A program made the translations under genes and the position numbers. Below the pieces are notes generated by a model. That model had not been told where the DNA came from. It did no database searches and worked only from the letters and a program-made list of their open reading frames with translations. A stretch of 61,436 bases of DNA, filler included, from Choristocarpus tenellus KU-1152 (lineage: Eukaryota > Protista > Phaeophyceae), in NCBI GenBank assembly GCA_964200185.2. It is 12 parts of 12 records of this genome, joined end to end, with 100 filler letters (N's around TTAATTAATTAA, not from the genome) between each part and the next. Parts side by side here need not be neighbours in the genome. Positions count along the whole stretch, not along the records: positions 3,007 to 15,064 come from CAXNAD020002005.1; positions 15,165 to 19,620 come from CAXNAD020014472.1; positions 19,721 to 23,194 come from CAXNAD020019796.1; positions 23,295 to 29,621 come from CAXNAD020008386.1; 8 more parts are not named here. The stretch is one strand, 5' to 3'. Positions within the stretch are counted from its first letter, which is position 1. The number at the start of each line of letters is the position of its first letter. Shown here piece after piece: positions 12,241-24,706 of the stretch.

Positions 12241-13809
12241 CTATTCATTCTCAGGTCGATTGCTTGCACTCTCTGAACACGGAACAACGCTGGGTGACAT
12301 GAGATCACATGTTATATGCTTCCCACCTTTCTCACTAAAAAGGAGGTGGCTAAAGTTGAAATATTGACATTTGGAAGTCAAAATCCAACCTTCACCAGTC
12401 AAGGTATTTTTTCGTTCATTCAGACTTGACTGACACAAAGAGCATTTTCCCGCCGTATTGGTCCAAATACCCCCTCCCAGTGTGCGCCTTATGTTCCTCC
12501 TCCACTGGGGAGTGGTAGGGCAGATGTATGAATGCGCTATCCTGTACGCCTGAATTGAGCTGCCCAACATTGTGCTATCCAACATGAAAGTGTGGAGGAG
12601 CACGTGGGTTGTGTCTGCAAGGAAGTCCTCCTTGTGCAATAACAGGATCTTTTGCAGGCATGACTTGAGATTCACGGAATACATCCAATTTGTCTGTCAC
12701 CTGCTCGTCTTCTTCTATGCCATTCTCTGTGAGTTGGGGGTACCCTTGAAACGATCCGCCAAGGATTGGAGACGAGGAACAATGTTTCTGTTGCATAACA
12801 ACAAATGGGTGTCTTTGGATGATGGGCCTGGTGCGACCCTCAAGTCTTGTTATCTGCTCATGTTACGTTTTCGATGTGTGAAGAGGGAGGAGTAAAAGGG
12901 GCGAACGTTACTTAACTCTAAATAATAGTGTAACATGGTATGATTGCAACTATGTAGGAGATGAAAACGATTAGAACTCAATCTTTCAACCATAACTATA
13001 TAATAATAAAACAGGCGAGATCAGAGTTCGATGGCTTGGCGAATACCATGTTTTTCACAATTCCTCCTCACCCGCCCTGGTACGGAGGTTTTGATGACTT
13101 GCTGTTCTTGTCGTAATATTCTCGGGCTGGTATCTTGCCTTGTCTTTCTCAAGAATGGTGGTGGAGAATGGTCGAAATTCGACCGACAAGGTGGAGGACC
13201 CTGGTCACAACCACAATACAAATCTCGAGTGAGGACATGGAAGAAATCCATCTGCGTCTATATAAGGCATCAACCTCGTGGAGAACACTTCTTCTTGTGA
13301 GAGTTTAGAACCACCAATGGAATCCACTGCCTTTCTTCATGGAAATATCACTCTTGTAGTGGTTCTATTATCATGCCGAACTACCATATATGTTGACGGG
13401 GACATCGAGTGCATCTCGCAGACAAGGGCAACACCTTCTTCATTGTAAGCCTAGTTGGGATCCCTGATGACCTCTGCCTCGACCCTAACAATGACGCATC
13501 AAACTTGATATTGCACATGGCAGGACGTTGTCTTCGGGGTGCAACATCGACTCTCCATAATGGCACCTGTAACATATTGTTGCCATAATTGTAACGAATT
13601 GCGCTATTTTCTGTCCACCTACCCAACTTGGGGTGTTGTGGCAAAGCGGTAAAGAACTTTGTCGGGGAACGCAAGTGTTTATCTACGCAGGACTCGACGA
13701 GATGGAGGCTCCTTGAGGCTGGGTTCTGGCTTTGAGATACGTCGGCCTTTCCATCTCCCACCTTTCTTGTTCGCACCTCTACTACTCTAATCGGTGCGTG
13801 GTTCGGCAT
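12241..13809 (-). pseudogene. Degenerate transposase-like region, possibly MULE with SWIM zinc finger
   Basis: Across frameshifts it reads YSVNLKSC...QGGLPCRH (SWIM-like CxC...PCxH), then QAYRIAHSYICPTTPQW and KCSLC. Many stops; no clear DDE triad. Confidence 0.35.
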
Positions 13810-14272
13810 TTGTCTATACTTTGAACAAAAATCTGTAGACGACCTGTTCGATTGTTGACCTTATCGTAAGGTCAGAAACACAACAAAGACAAAGTACTAT
13901 TATTGGTACATAAATATTCTTGAACCATTATTGATGATATTCCCTTCATTGAACTAATAACAACAACACAGAAGAAGTTGAAGGGCAGACAAATGAAATC
14001 CGCAATTTATTATGTCGTACAAATCAATTTTTGACAAATCAATTCCTGTTCCTGTTATAAGTTGGGCACATCGGCGCATATCTTGCCAATTTGAAGATGA
14101 GAGGGTAGTGGGATAGACAATTATGTTGTTGGAATACGTTCATTATAAGATAGTAATTATAGCCTTTGACATATTACGGATAGTAAATGCATAAAAACCA
14201 AAACAAAACAAAACAAAACTTTGCTGCTACTACTTCTACTACTTCGACACCTTCAAACTAAACACAATTAAC

Positions 14273-14370
14273 AGTGGATTTTAAAAATTGAGGATGGAGC
14301 GTACTATTGAGGATGGGTTTGACCGAAAATGGCGCGGAAAAAGTACCGATATGTTTTGTTTTTTTTATGT
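14273..14370 (+). mobile_element. Diverged copy of the TTAA-flanked MITE found at 41004-41126
   Basis: TTAA|CAGTGGATTTTAAAAATTGAGGATGGAGC...ATTGAGGATGGGTTTGACCGAAAAT matches the reverse complement of 41126-41070. The other end is uncertain, possibly ~14798. Confidence 0.6.
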
Positions 14371-15022
14371 TGCGGCACTTTTTAAGTGCCCCTTTTTGAA
14401 TTAGAATCTGTGCTGAAGGTGGTAGTAGAATTGCTGTGTGTTGTCAAGAATTGGAAGACACCCCCATATTTTTTTTTATCATGCACTATTTTGGATTTAA
14501 CAATACAACAATGTGTCCCTTGATTAAAAAAAGAAAGATCGTTCACTACTACACTCCTGTCAACGTGCTGATAACATGCCTTACACACGCGTTTCCTAAA
14601 TAATGTCGAATGATATCAAAACAGTTGTACACAATTTCGTAGAGTATGAGGCGTACGGACAAATGATGTTTCCTACATGCATTTATTTGCAAAGAAAGAA
14701 ATGGAGTGGTACCGATACGTGATGTGCGAGGACTGACTGGTGATGATATACCAGTATAATATCCTATCACCTTGAATAAATTTTATCAACTTGTTAAGGG
14801 AGACTCCAATAATAGGTAGGTATCAAACCTAGGGACATGACACACCACTACTACTAGATAGAGACAGTATCACACAGTACACCACTTACTACTACAGCAT
14901 GGTCATTTTGGGGGGTGATATTATCTATACTATAGTCATCAAGCAAGTACTGTACGTAATTGCAGTATTAGGATGAGTAATCTAAGATTCGTACAAAATT
15001 AAATGTGGTTTGTCATAAAAAA

Positions 15023-15064
15023 GACCCAAAGTATCTGGGGGGGGGGGGGGGGGGGGTTCTATAC
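15023..15064 (-). mobile_element. MITE family B end, truncated by contig break
   Basis: GACCCAAAGTATCTGGGG...TCTATAC is the reverse complement of the right end of 20260-20437. Confidence 0.75.
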
Positions 15065-16092
15065 NNNNNNNNNNNNNNNNNNNNNNNNNNNNNNNNNNNN
15101 NNNNNNNNTTAATTAATTAANNNNNNNNNNNNNNNNNNNNNNNNNNNNNNNNNNNNNNNNNNNNCCCCCCCTCCCCAACCCTCCTACTTACTTGTATATT
15201 ATGCATGACTTGAGTCCTTAGATAAGCTAAACACCAAATGCAACCGTTATTATTACTGTTGCTGATTGTTGATCTTAGAATTAGAGGTCCCAGACCCGTG
15301 GTCGAAAGGTGGTCAGAAGAAGGCAATGCACACTACATGAGAAATACAACAAGTATCATAGCAGAAGAAAGGAAAACCAGGGAAAGAAGAAAAAAGAGGA
15401 GAAAGAAAGTATTCTGTGTATCTACAAGGAACATAACGAAGAAAACCTAGGTGTTCTGCACTAACACTGACAAAGCTTGAGTATTACCAGGTCCGTCAAA
15501 GCTGAAAAACATCACTCATCACATGTCAAAAAAGAGGGACACAATAAAATTCAACCCAATATGAGAAGCACAATGAGAAATAGTATTTAAAAGGTGGTGG
15601 TGTTGGTGTTGGTGCTTTGGCTGCCTTAGCTGTTGCTTTAGCATGATGTACATAAGGTAAAACAGCTTCCTTGGAATGTCATTCTGCCATAGAGCTTGAT
15701 CTGCAATGAACCAAACACAGGGTGTAAATCAAGACATGAACTCAACCACAACAAAACAAAGTCAACCAAGCCCCCAGTCACCCAGATCCGACCAATCAGC
15801 AGTCATTTTTCAACCCCAAACACATGCAAAGCAATATGTATCCCCCCAAGCTACCCAACAAAGGCCTCACCCAGTATGCCTTACCCAACACACATCCCAA
15901 CAGGGTCCTAAGCTTGATTGAAATAGTTCCTAAGCACAATTCACAACTGACAACAAGTACATCAATGCCGAGAATACTGGAAAAAGACCAACACAATTGA
16001 CATGGCAACAAGTGATCTCATTGTTTGTCCCTGCTTTCCTTGTTCCTGACAATATTTTGGTGGCGTCTTGTGGCTCTTTCCTTTGATTATAG

Positions 16093-19000
16093 GGGGGGCG
16101 TCACCGTGCAGTGGCACACCTGCCTACATCCATCATAGGCTGGGTCATTGGGCACAAGGGCTGCAATGCAAGGATGCTGAAGCAACAGACTGGCACAGAG
16201 CTGTGGGTGGATGTGCCAGGGCAGGTATGTGCCTCCACCCCTCCTATGAAGCAAGATAAAAAATGATAGAATCACGGGGAACCACTGAAATGTCATATAT
16301 TCTACTTCTAGTGTGGTTTTCTTCTTGATGGGCAAAGGACCTGGTAGTTGTGTGTATGTGCAAACAGGGAGATTGGTGTTAGTACATAATCTTATTATTG
16401 TGTGTTTGCTGAGTTATCCCCTATTATCGTACTATTGTAGTAAAGGTTTGAACTTGCATTGATTCTGTTGGCATGCATTAGTATCATAAGTACCTTGTTG
16501 AATGATTTGTCACTACGTTTTTCAGGGTCTCGGTCAAGATTTTGAAAAGGGGCTTTTGGGGGGGGGCAGACTGCTGACTAATTCAGAACTCTCCCACTTT
16601 CTGCTGACTTGGAAACTGACACTCAGCAGAACCGTTTGATGTTACATGCTTACCCCAAATTTTACAACTCATTCCACATGTACCGTCAACCGTTTTTTCC
16701 TTACACATGCCATACTACCAACTAAACCAAAACCTAATGTTACGCACTGCTATGTGCATTACAGTAATATTACAATGTTTTAGAGCTGGACAAGTGTTTT
16801 TTTACTTTAGAAAAAGGTAAAGAGTAGATGGTTGTGCTCCCATGTCCCTTTCAATTTTCTCAGTTTATTTTTCAGTACATTAATCAGACTAGCCTTTTTT
16901 TTTACCCCCTCCTTTAACTTCCGCTCCATCTCCCGCCCATACACTACTCGTGCAAATACTGTCTCACTGAATGAGCAGTGTGTGATTATTGAAGCTAAGT
17001 CATTGGAAGAGGTGGAATCTGCCATGGATGCTGTGAATGCATTTGTCAAGACTGCCCCTACCTTCATTGCTAAGATTCAGGTGAGCTGCTTTGTACCCTG
17101 TGTTCTATAGCCCTACTCCAATGTGTGTATTTAGCTCAATTTGCTAGTGCGTTGATATGCAGTGTAGCAAGTACTTATTATTTTCCTTATTTTAATTTGA
17201 CTCTGTACATTTTTGAGTACCCTCTGCTGGTAGTGGTCCGTAACTCTGCATGCAAGTGTGGGATAAAGTTCTCTTTGCTCCATGTCTCCATGAAACATCA
17301 CATTAGTTTTTAGTTTTCATATAGACCGGTTGTATGTTTTGTGTAGCTGCCACCGATGGCACACGTTATTATATTATTTGGTGTTTGTTGCTGAGATCAG
17401 TTGGAAATCTTCTTTGATCTCAACTACTGATACTTTGGCGGTCACATCAATGACCAATCTCCAATTTTCGACAATAATGTTTGTTTTGTTTCATTTTCTT
17501 ACCAGGCGGGTGGGGGCAATGGCGTGACACACACTGTTCAGTGTCCCGTTCAGCTCTTACCTCAGATCCAGCGGCAAAGCAGAAAAATTCAGGCAGAGAG
17601 TGGAGCCCATTGTGTGTTTGCCAATTGCAAGGCAAGAATCTTTGGGGAAATGACTCATGCACTCTTGTGTTTGAAGATTTACTGTGTTCTTGCATTTCCT
17701 CTAACTTTTGACTGTAGGTTTGGGAACCCTTAGACCAGTGAGTGTGAAGACAATAATAAATGTGTGGTTGATGAGATTCTTGCTATCAGAAGGCGTGTTT
17801 TGAGGGTGGTTGGCAGAGGGGACTGTAATTGGTGCATTGTTGAACAAAAGAACTAGTAGCACATATTTCTGTTTGTGTATGGTACTTCACTTTTGTGTAC
17901 TTGTTAGTAAATAATATTTACTACTCCCTGTATACCCTTAAGACTTGTGGATTTATCTGCACCTGTGCCTGTTGTGCGCACTTTTGTTATGTCCTCTGTT
18001 GTGTTCTTGAATGCACTCAAGCTTAGTATGGTCCTTGGAATAGGTGTGCTTGGTAGGTTTTGATACACCTTGCTTGTTTTGATAATAGCGCCTTCCAAGA
18101 GGTGCACAAAATCACTTATTTTGTCTCTGTTATTTTTCCCTTTATCCTTAATATTTTAGTGGTACTTCCCATGTTCGGCTCCCCGTCAAAACCTCTCTGT
18201 AGAACAGGCCGTGCATACATACATGGATATATACATTACTTGTTCCTTCTTTCTTGCCAATATCAATGGACCATCTACTGTGTTATTATTGCTGTGTGAT
18301 CATTACACAGCCACTAACTATTCTTGAACATGCCACCACTATACCCCAATTATCTGCACAGATGTCTACCTTCTGTGTCACAGGGGATCGTAAGCATGTG
18401 GACCGTGCTGTAGCAATGCTTAAAATGCTTATCACTGAGGGTGTAGATGCTGCTGCTGCAAGGGCTGCACAGAGTCCACACCTTGGAAGAGTTGGTGTGG
18501 AGGGGTTAGGGGTATCAGCTGGTAATGAGATGGGTGGGGGACTCCAGCAAGGTCGGGCAAGGAGTGATCACTCATTTGGAGGGAGTGAAGACAGTCCAGC
18601 CACAACAGCTCCTTGCAGGTATAGAAGTTGTCCTGGGTGAGCTTGGGGTTAGGGCTGCTGTGTTTTTCCTGGACACAAGGGAGCTCTTGCTGGGATAGTA
18701 CCTGCATGGATAATGATCTAAACCTCTACATTTAGAAGTTTGAAGAGGACATCTCCACAGATGATAGTCTGCAACAAGTGGAAGGGGGGGGGGGAGGGGT
18801 AGTCCTGTTCAAAAAAATTTATTGGTGAATATATTTTACTGCTTGAGGACACATAACATCATGAAGAGACCATGTATGGGAGGAATGCATGTTAATCTGC
18901 AAGATGTTCAAGGGGATCTTCTCCCTCAAAATTCAAAGTGCACAAGCTCCCCACTGGAGCTATGTTTTGTTGTTGCGTTGTGTGGTTTGGCACACTTTCG

Positions 19001-19620
19001 GTGCATTATTTTTCAATCACTTCAATAGGGGAGATATCTATGCAATCTTTGCAACCGTTGGTAAGCACAGATTACTTACTGGGTATCTGTGACATGCTTT
19101 CAAGGTCAACATTATCCTTCCTATTGCCTACCCAGTAGCCCTATTCCTTTGTGCCTCGTATGCAGCCTAGTCCATGCTCTCCCTCCCCCTCCCCCCCTGT
19201 ATTGATACTCTTCAGTCCGGATGCCACACCATCCAATAGTGCCTGGTGCAACGGCGTCCCCACACATATGAGGTCCTGGGGATCTCCAGCCTCAAACCCA
19301 CCCCCTGCCATGTGCCCCCAGCAGCATCAACAGTTCCTACAACAGCAGCACCAACACCTAAGGGGGTTTGGCCTTACGCAGGGGTCAGACCCCTTGCTAT
19401 CACAGTTGGGGCAAGGACAGGGTCACCCACAAGGAGGTTACGGACATGAAATTATTGGTGCCATCCACCCACCTGCCTCAGTCGTTGGAGGAGGTAGAGT
19501 TCCCCCGACCTTGCCTGAGGCACCAGCAGCCCCATTCCATGGTGGGGGAAGTGGAATAGGTGTTGAGTCTGGGGGGGCATCAGGGGTGGGTGGGGGCTTG
19601 GATGATCATTCCCAAGACTC
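16093..19620 (+). CDS. KH-domain RNA-binding protein (two KH domains, then a Q/G/P-rich region), partial
   Basis: Phase-consistent exons 16093-16224 (LPTSIIGWVIGHKGCNARMLKQQTG, with GxxG), 16979-17080, 17506-17631 (GC donor), 18362-18618 (FCVTGDRKHVDRAVAMLKMLI) and 19216 to the contig end. Confidence 0.8.
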
Positions 19621-19720
19621 NNNNNNNNNNNNNNNNNNNNNNNNNNNNNNNNNNNNNNNNNNNNTTAATTAATTAANNNNNNNNNNNNNNNNNNNNNNNN
19701 NNNNNNNNNNNNNNNNNNNN

Positions 19721-19815
19721 CTAACAAACATGATAGTCAGCATTACATCATAATCGCAACATTGGATTTTGACTCCCAAATTGATGAAGCTCTACCCTCG
19801 AAGATAAATTGACTC
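19721..19815 (-). mobile_element. MITE family A left end, truncated
   Basis: The reverse complement GAGTCAATTTATCTTCGAGGGTAGAGC...CAAAATCCAATGTTGCGA...CATGTTTGTTAG matches family A. Confidence 0.75.
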
Positions 19816-20259
19816 TGTCTGCATGTCCAAGATTTTCCAAGCTTCGCCATATTTTCAGCAGCTCAACTTGTCCCCCTCCCCCGAGACTTCCCACGAGCCC
19901 CCCCCCCCGTTTGTCTACACTGCAGTACTTGTCATTCGATCCAGACTTCTTCTCAACTTTTAACTTGGGTGTTGGAGACTGAGTGAGCGTCGCATCTGCA
20001 CAAAGTTGTACTTTGTGGGCTCCAGTTATTGGTGGAGAACCATGAGTCATAGAAGAAAAATATGAAAGTATTGTTGCTGTTGTGTGGAAATGAAAATATC
20101 AATAAATAGTGTTGCTTCAAGGCATTGTTGGGGGAGGGGTTGGCGTGAAAAATGGCTTTTCCCATCTGATTTCAGCATTTCTTGCCACATATTGTAGTCG
20201 CGCTTTGGCAAGGTGGAGCTTTATAGATTGCCATTTCTACGGAGAGCATATTATGTTCA

Positions 20260-20437
20260 GGGTCAAAGTATCTGGAGGGCGGTGGCGGCTGTCCATTTGG
20301 GGTCCATTTTTCATGTCGCGTTTTTTTGGTGATTTGGTTGCATACGTCCGATGGATAATGTAAATGCACTTTTCCTTATTTTGACCTAAATGGACACCCA
20401 GGTGTAGACCCCCCCCCTCCCCCAGATACTTTGGGTC
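20260..20437 (+). mobile_element. MITE family B, complete 178-bp copy (Sola2-like TIR core AAAGTATCT)
   Basis: TIRs GGGTCAAAGTATCTGG / CCAGATACTTTGGGTC and subterminal GTCCATTT / AAATGGAC inverted motifs. Flanks share TCA. Confidence 0.8.
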
Positions 20438-21034
20438 TCAAGATGTCAAAAAAATTAAAGCAGAAGACTTTCGCCGTGCTTCCGGGGGGTCATGCGTAGC
20501 ATGATGCTGCTACAATCCGTGCTTAGTGTGTGGCATGAAATAAAAAGGGGAGACAAATTCATAGATAAGAAGTTGCATGCCCATGATCAAATCGTCCAGT
20601 AGAACCTACTCGATTGGAAGAGCCACATGCACTTGCGGGATACTCAATAATGGAGTTACAACTCCACACCTTTCATTGTTAAACCCTAATAATAATTTCT
20701 TACACATCGAAGGCATTTGGTGTAGTTGGATGCGACAACTCCTAGCCTCCTTAAAACGCCGTAATCATGTAAGTGTGTCATGGTCAAATATTGATGAGGG
20801 TTTCTCACTGGACACAACTCGATAGGTGGTGATTGAAGGTAATGTGATGCATCGCCGTGATAGTGCTACCCCAGCAAGCTCCACCCAAGCTCTTCCTTCA
20901 TTCTTTTTTCCGATCATTTCATGTGTTCCCGTTTGCATCTACCCCTAGCAAAAAAAATAAAGTAAATCTGGTGAAAAGAAGAAAATAACACATGAACTAT
21001 GAAAGAGACATCAAGAGTAGTTGTCCCCTGCAGC

Positions 21035-22054
21035 TCATGAGTGCACAAGCACGGGTCCCTTCTCTAACTTGTTGATATCATTCTCCAGCCCTCTGAGCTC
21101 CCTTTCCATCTGTTCCTTGCGCCGCAGCTTGCCAAAGGTGTCTAAATTTACCATGTGGGCCTGTTGAACGGAGTATGTATTTTAGACCCAAGGGACAGCA
21201 AGATGGTGAGGTGGGCTGGATGTACATGGGGCAAAAATACTGGGAAAAGCAAAGTAATTAGTGAACCGGATAAAATGAGGGGAAGGTAAATTAGGCCCTT
21301 TTATTTGGGACTTGTCTAGGACTAGTAACTTGTGGTGTACAGTGTGTGTCTTGTGCCAGGGGCTGCATTATTGGTTGTTGCGTCATTGTGTTGGGTAATG
21401 GGATTTCCAGGCATTGGATTGGAATCGTGTGCAGCAGATAATCAGAGAAGTGAGGGACCTGTACTGAACAAGAAACAAGTAAATCGTTCTAGTGTTTCCA
21501 TGAACAAAATAAGGATATAGTTAGATATTTATTTCTAAGGTTTAGTCGAGTTAGTTGAGTTGAAAGCGGGAATTTGACACATGAAGCTCAACATGCACAT
21601 ATGTCTGAGCTCCAGAAACAGTAAGCATCAAGTGGATATCGATTTTGGGTAGCGAACTGACAGACAGAGGCACTGGCGGACAGAGGCACTGACAGACAGA
21701 CAAATGGGACCGATTTACATGTTACGTATGTAATCGGTGCCAAGTTTGTAGTATAAATATGATCATATATATATACAAATAAAGGAAATTTAATTTTCAA
21801 ATAATTTATACTTTGAAGTATAAGAGTAGCAAAAAACGTATGCATACAATATGTCAATCAAATTATTTCAACGCCACAACTACAACGTAAAATTATAGTA
21901 CTCTTGTGAAAAAAAATAGTTTGGAGTACACAACTCTTCTTCTTACCATGAGTTGATACTTTTTGTTCACTGTATCCCACTTAGATTTGAGGGAGTCCAA
22001 TAGCTGGTTGCGTTCATCATCGTCCATCTCTCCTAACTGCTCTGTTGCGTCTGT
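21035..22054 (-). CDS. ENKUR: Enkurin-domain protein (ciliary microtubule inner protein), last two exons
   Basis: Exons 22054-21947 and 21160-21035 encode EMDDDERNQLLDSLKSKWDTVNKKYQLM|AHMVNLDTFGKLRRKEQMERELRGLENDINKLEKGPVLVHS*. This is the enkurin C-terminal pattern ER..LL..LK..W......YQ.....DT..K..RKE.ME..L..LE.DI..LE. The paralog ENKD1 is not excluded. Confidence 0.85.
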
Positions 22055-22604
22055 CTGATGAAAATTGCCAGTAGACAAAGTATTTACTCTTGGATTGCAA
22101 GTTGGAGGAGGGCGGAGGCATCTACTTGGGCTTGCCTGTAAAAAAATACTTTAGAAAACTATAAGTAATCCGAGTTAGTAGTGCTTGGATACCATAGCAA
22201 CATTTCGAAAAAGGAAATATGGGAGGAAGAAATTATGGTAAAATAGTTTCAAGTATATCCTGAAGCAGAAATGTATATAATGATTTATTTATTTTTAATT
22301 GTCGAGATATATAGCAGAGACTAATCCAGGAAGGATCATTAGTTAACATGAAGGCAGGAGTCCTTGCAGACACAACAGAGTCTGCATTTAATTGTGTTAG
22401 ACTCAAGGTCTTAGCTTTAGGTAGGAGATACTCTTCAGGAGTTATAATGATGGACTGGTAAGCTGAATGCGAATCGATTAATGTCAGGTGCCAATGACCG
22501 TGTTCAGTGCTGGTGCAGTGTGCCCTCTATATTATATGATGCCTCTGTATAAAATAGTCATCGCCAGACCAAAGTTCTACTGCATAATATCATATTTTCT
22601 CCAA

Positions 22605-22862
22605 GAGTCCAAGTATCTTAGAGGGTAGAACCGCGTCCATTTGGGGACCAAAATCTGATGTTGAAATTTTGATGTAATTTTCGCCATTATGCTTGTTAGG
22701 AAGTGTCAATGTCCTTGTTCAGACATACCTTTTCATAACGTGTACGTTTTACCTACTCCGAAACATTTTGGAGTAGGAAAATGTCGTTAAAAAAAACATG
22801 GTAAGCCAAGTCCCAAATGGACAAACAGGGCAAAGCTCATACCCTCTAAGATACTTTCACTC
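22605..22862 (+). mobile_element. MITE family A, complete copy
   Basis: Same TIRs and 258-bp length; flanks CCAA / CAAC share CAA. Confidence 0.85.
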
Positions 22863-23128
22863 CAACTTGTTTTCTTGCCTCCCAGGCTCGAGGTATTTGC
22901 TTGGTAATTGCTGTCACCGTTGACCCTCCATTCTTCTCCTTCCTGCTTGTTCTTTGTGTCCAAACAACCCATACTATACACCAGAAAGGATAACCCAAAG
23001 CATTTAAGAGGGTAGGGGTTTTCCGTGTTTGTCCGTTCAGGGCTTGGCTTCTCATGAGTTTTATATTACATTTTCCCGTTTGCTGTGTGATTACAGTTAC
23101 CTGAAATGTATTCGACTATGAAAGGTTT

Positions 23129-23194
23129 GGACCAACTTATCTGGGGGGGGGGGGATCTATACCAGGTTGTCCATTTGGGCTAAAATCAGGAATA
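23129..23194 (-). mobile_element. MITE family B end, truncated
   Basis: GGACCAACTTATCTGGGG...TCTATACCAGGTTGTCCATTTGGGCTAAAAT matches the reverse complement of the family B right end. Further family B ends at 23295-23316, 29597-29621 and 51237-51306. Confidence 0.7.
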
Positions 23195-23667
23195 NNNNNN
23201 NNNNNNNNNNNNNNNNNNNNNNNNNNNNNNNNNNNNNNTTAATTAATTAANNNNNNNNNNNNNNNNNNNNNNNNNNNNNNNNNNNNNNNNNNNNCCCCCC
23301 CCAGATACTTTGACCCATTTGTTGAGAGTAATCAGACAACTGATCCGAAATAGAAGTAAGATTCCACGATACAAATACACGCGCCACAACATCCGTCTGT
23401 CGAGTGTGATGTGGTGACACCATCGATACGCACGTGTAAGGGCTCCGATACGATTGGAACCTTTCCGATAAGGTTTGTATCGCGTCGCAATGGAATCTCG
23501 ATTTAACTCGCGCAGTGGTATCATCACGCGCGCGTATCTTAGTATAATAACCGCGGTAACATAACCTTAGAATTTGATCGTTTCTACCAACCGACAGAAC
23601 ATACCAAATTTGTACTTAGAAGTACGTTCAAAATTTGACATATTCGTTTCAAACTAGTGCATTCTTG

Positions 23668-24354
23668 CTTTCACTTTTGTGGCTGACGTAATGTTTTCCT
23701 GCTCAGGATTCTTGTTTCAAATCGACACACACACACCCCAACCATCTTGCCGCACTTTGGAAATTGATTGCCCTTACCGTTCGATAGAACACATCAAATT
23801 AATTCATTATTACTGTCTGCCCTATGTCAAGCACAAACCTGTGCATGGTTGCCCTCCCGACATCTAACTCGGTTCGGCACGTAAATCCTTTTCATCTTCA
23901 TCTTTAACTTTCACGGCTCGACGTAATGCTTTCCTGCTCAGGATTCTTTGTTTCAAATCGACACGCACACTCCCAACTGTCTTGCCGCACTTTGGACATT
24001 GATGGCCTTTGCCGTTCGATAGAACACATCAAATTCATTAATTACTGTCTGCCCTATGTCAAGCACAAACCTGTGTGCATGGTTACCACCCCGACATCTA
24101 ACCCGGGTCGGCACGTAAATCCTTTTCATCTTCATCTTTCACTTTCACGGTTCGACGTAATGCTTTCCTGCTCAGGATTCTTGTTTCAAATCGACACACA
24201 CACACCAACCGTCTTGCCACGCTTTGGAAATTGATGACCTTTACCGTTCGATAGAACACATCAAATTCATTCATTGCTGTCTGCCCTATGTCAAGCATAA
24301 ATCTGTGCATGGTTACTCTCCCGACATGTGAACTTGGTCGGCGCGTAAATCCTT
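23668..24354. repeat. Tandem array of three ~235-bp units
   Basis: GACGTAATG anchors at 23685, 23920 and 24154. Conserved blocks include TCCTGCTCAGGATTCTT, CGTTCGATAGAACACATCAAATT, CTGTCTGCCCTATGTCAAGCA and CGTAAATCCTT. Confidence 0.95.
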
Positions 24355-24706
24355 CTTGTCTGCGTACGGTATTGGTGCGTTCTCATATTCAATATTCATC
24401 CCATGTCGGCGGGGTTTACTGTTTGATACATGTTCGCAAATAGCAGCCTCCAAGGAAAGCGCTACGCTGTCCTCATGATCACAACAGCGCTACACGCCCT
24501 TTTCATATCACGTTTGCATAGCCCATGCATGGACACGAACCTTGCACTCCCAACCGATCCCATCATCATTGATCACATACTCTATCACTGTTTATACAAA
24601 AACACCCTTGCTGTGTGACCGCCTAACAATACCATCAACCCCGGCGTTGATATCCTTCTCGTTTGCAAATACCGTTGCTGTACATTTTTCCCCCCTACCT
24701 TCACAG

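Noticed and set aside
15696-15921. Q/S/P-rich ORF as an upstream exon of the KH gene
   Set aside because: Ends in a stop with no convincing in-frame donor; the composition fits decayed repeat DNA.
19748-20050. 100-aa minus-strand ORF as a gene
   Set aside because: Its 3' third is MITE family A sequence; a chance ORF.
23668-24354. Tandem arrays as CRISPR
   Set aside because: Whole 200-235-bp units are repeated with no unique spacers, there are no cas genes, and the context is eukaryotic.
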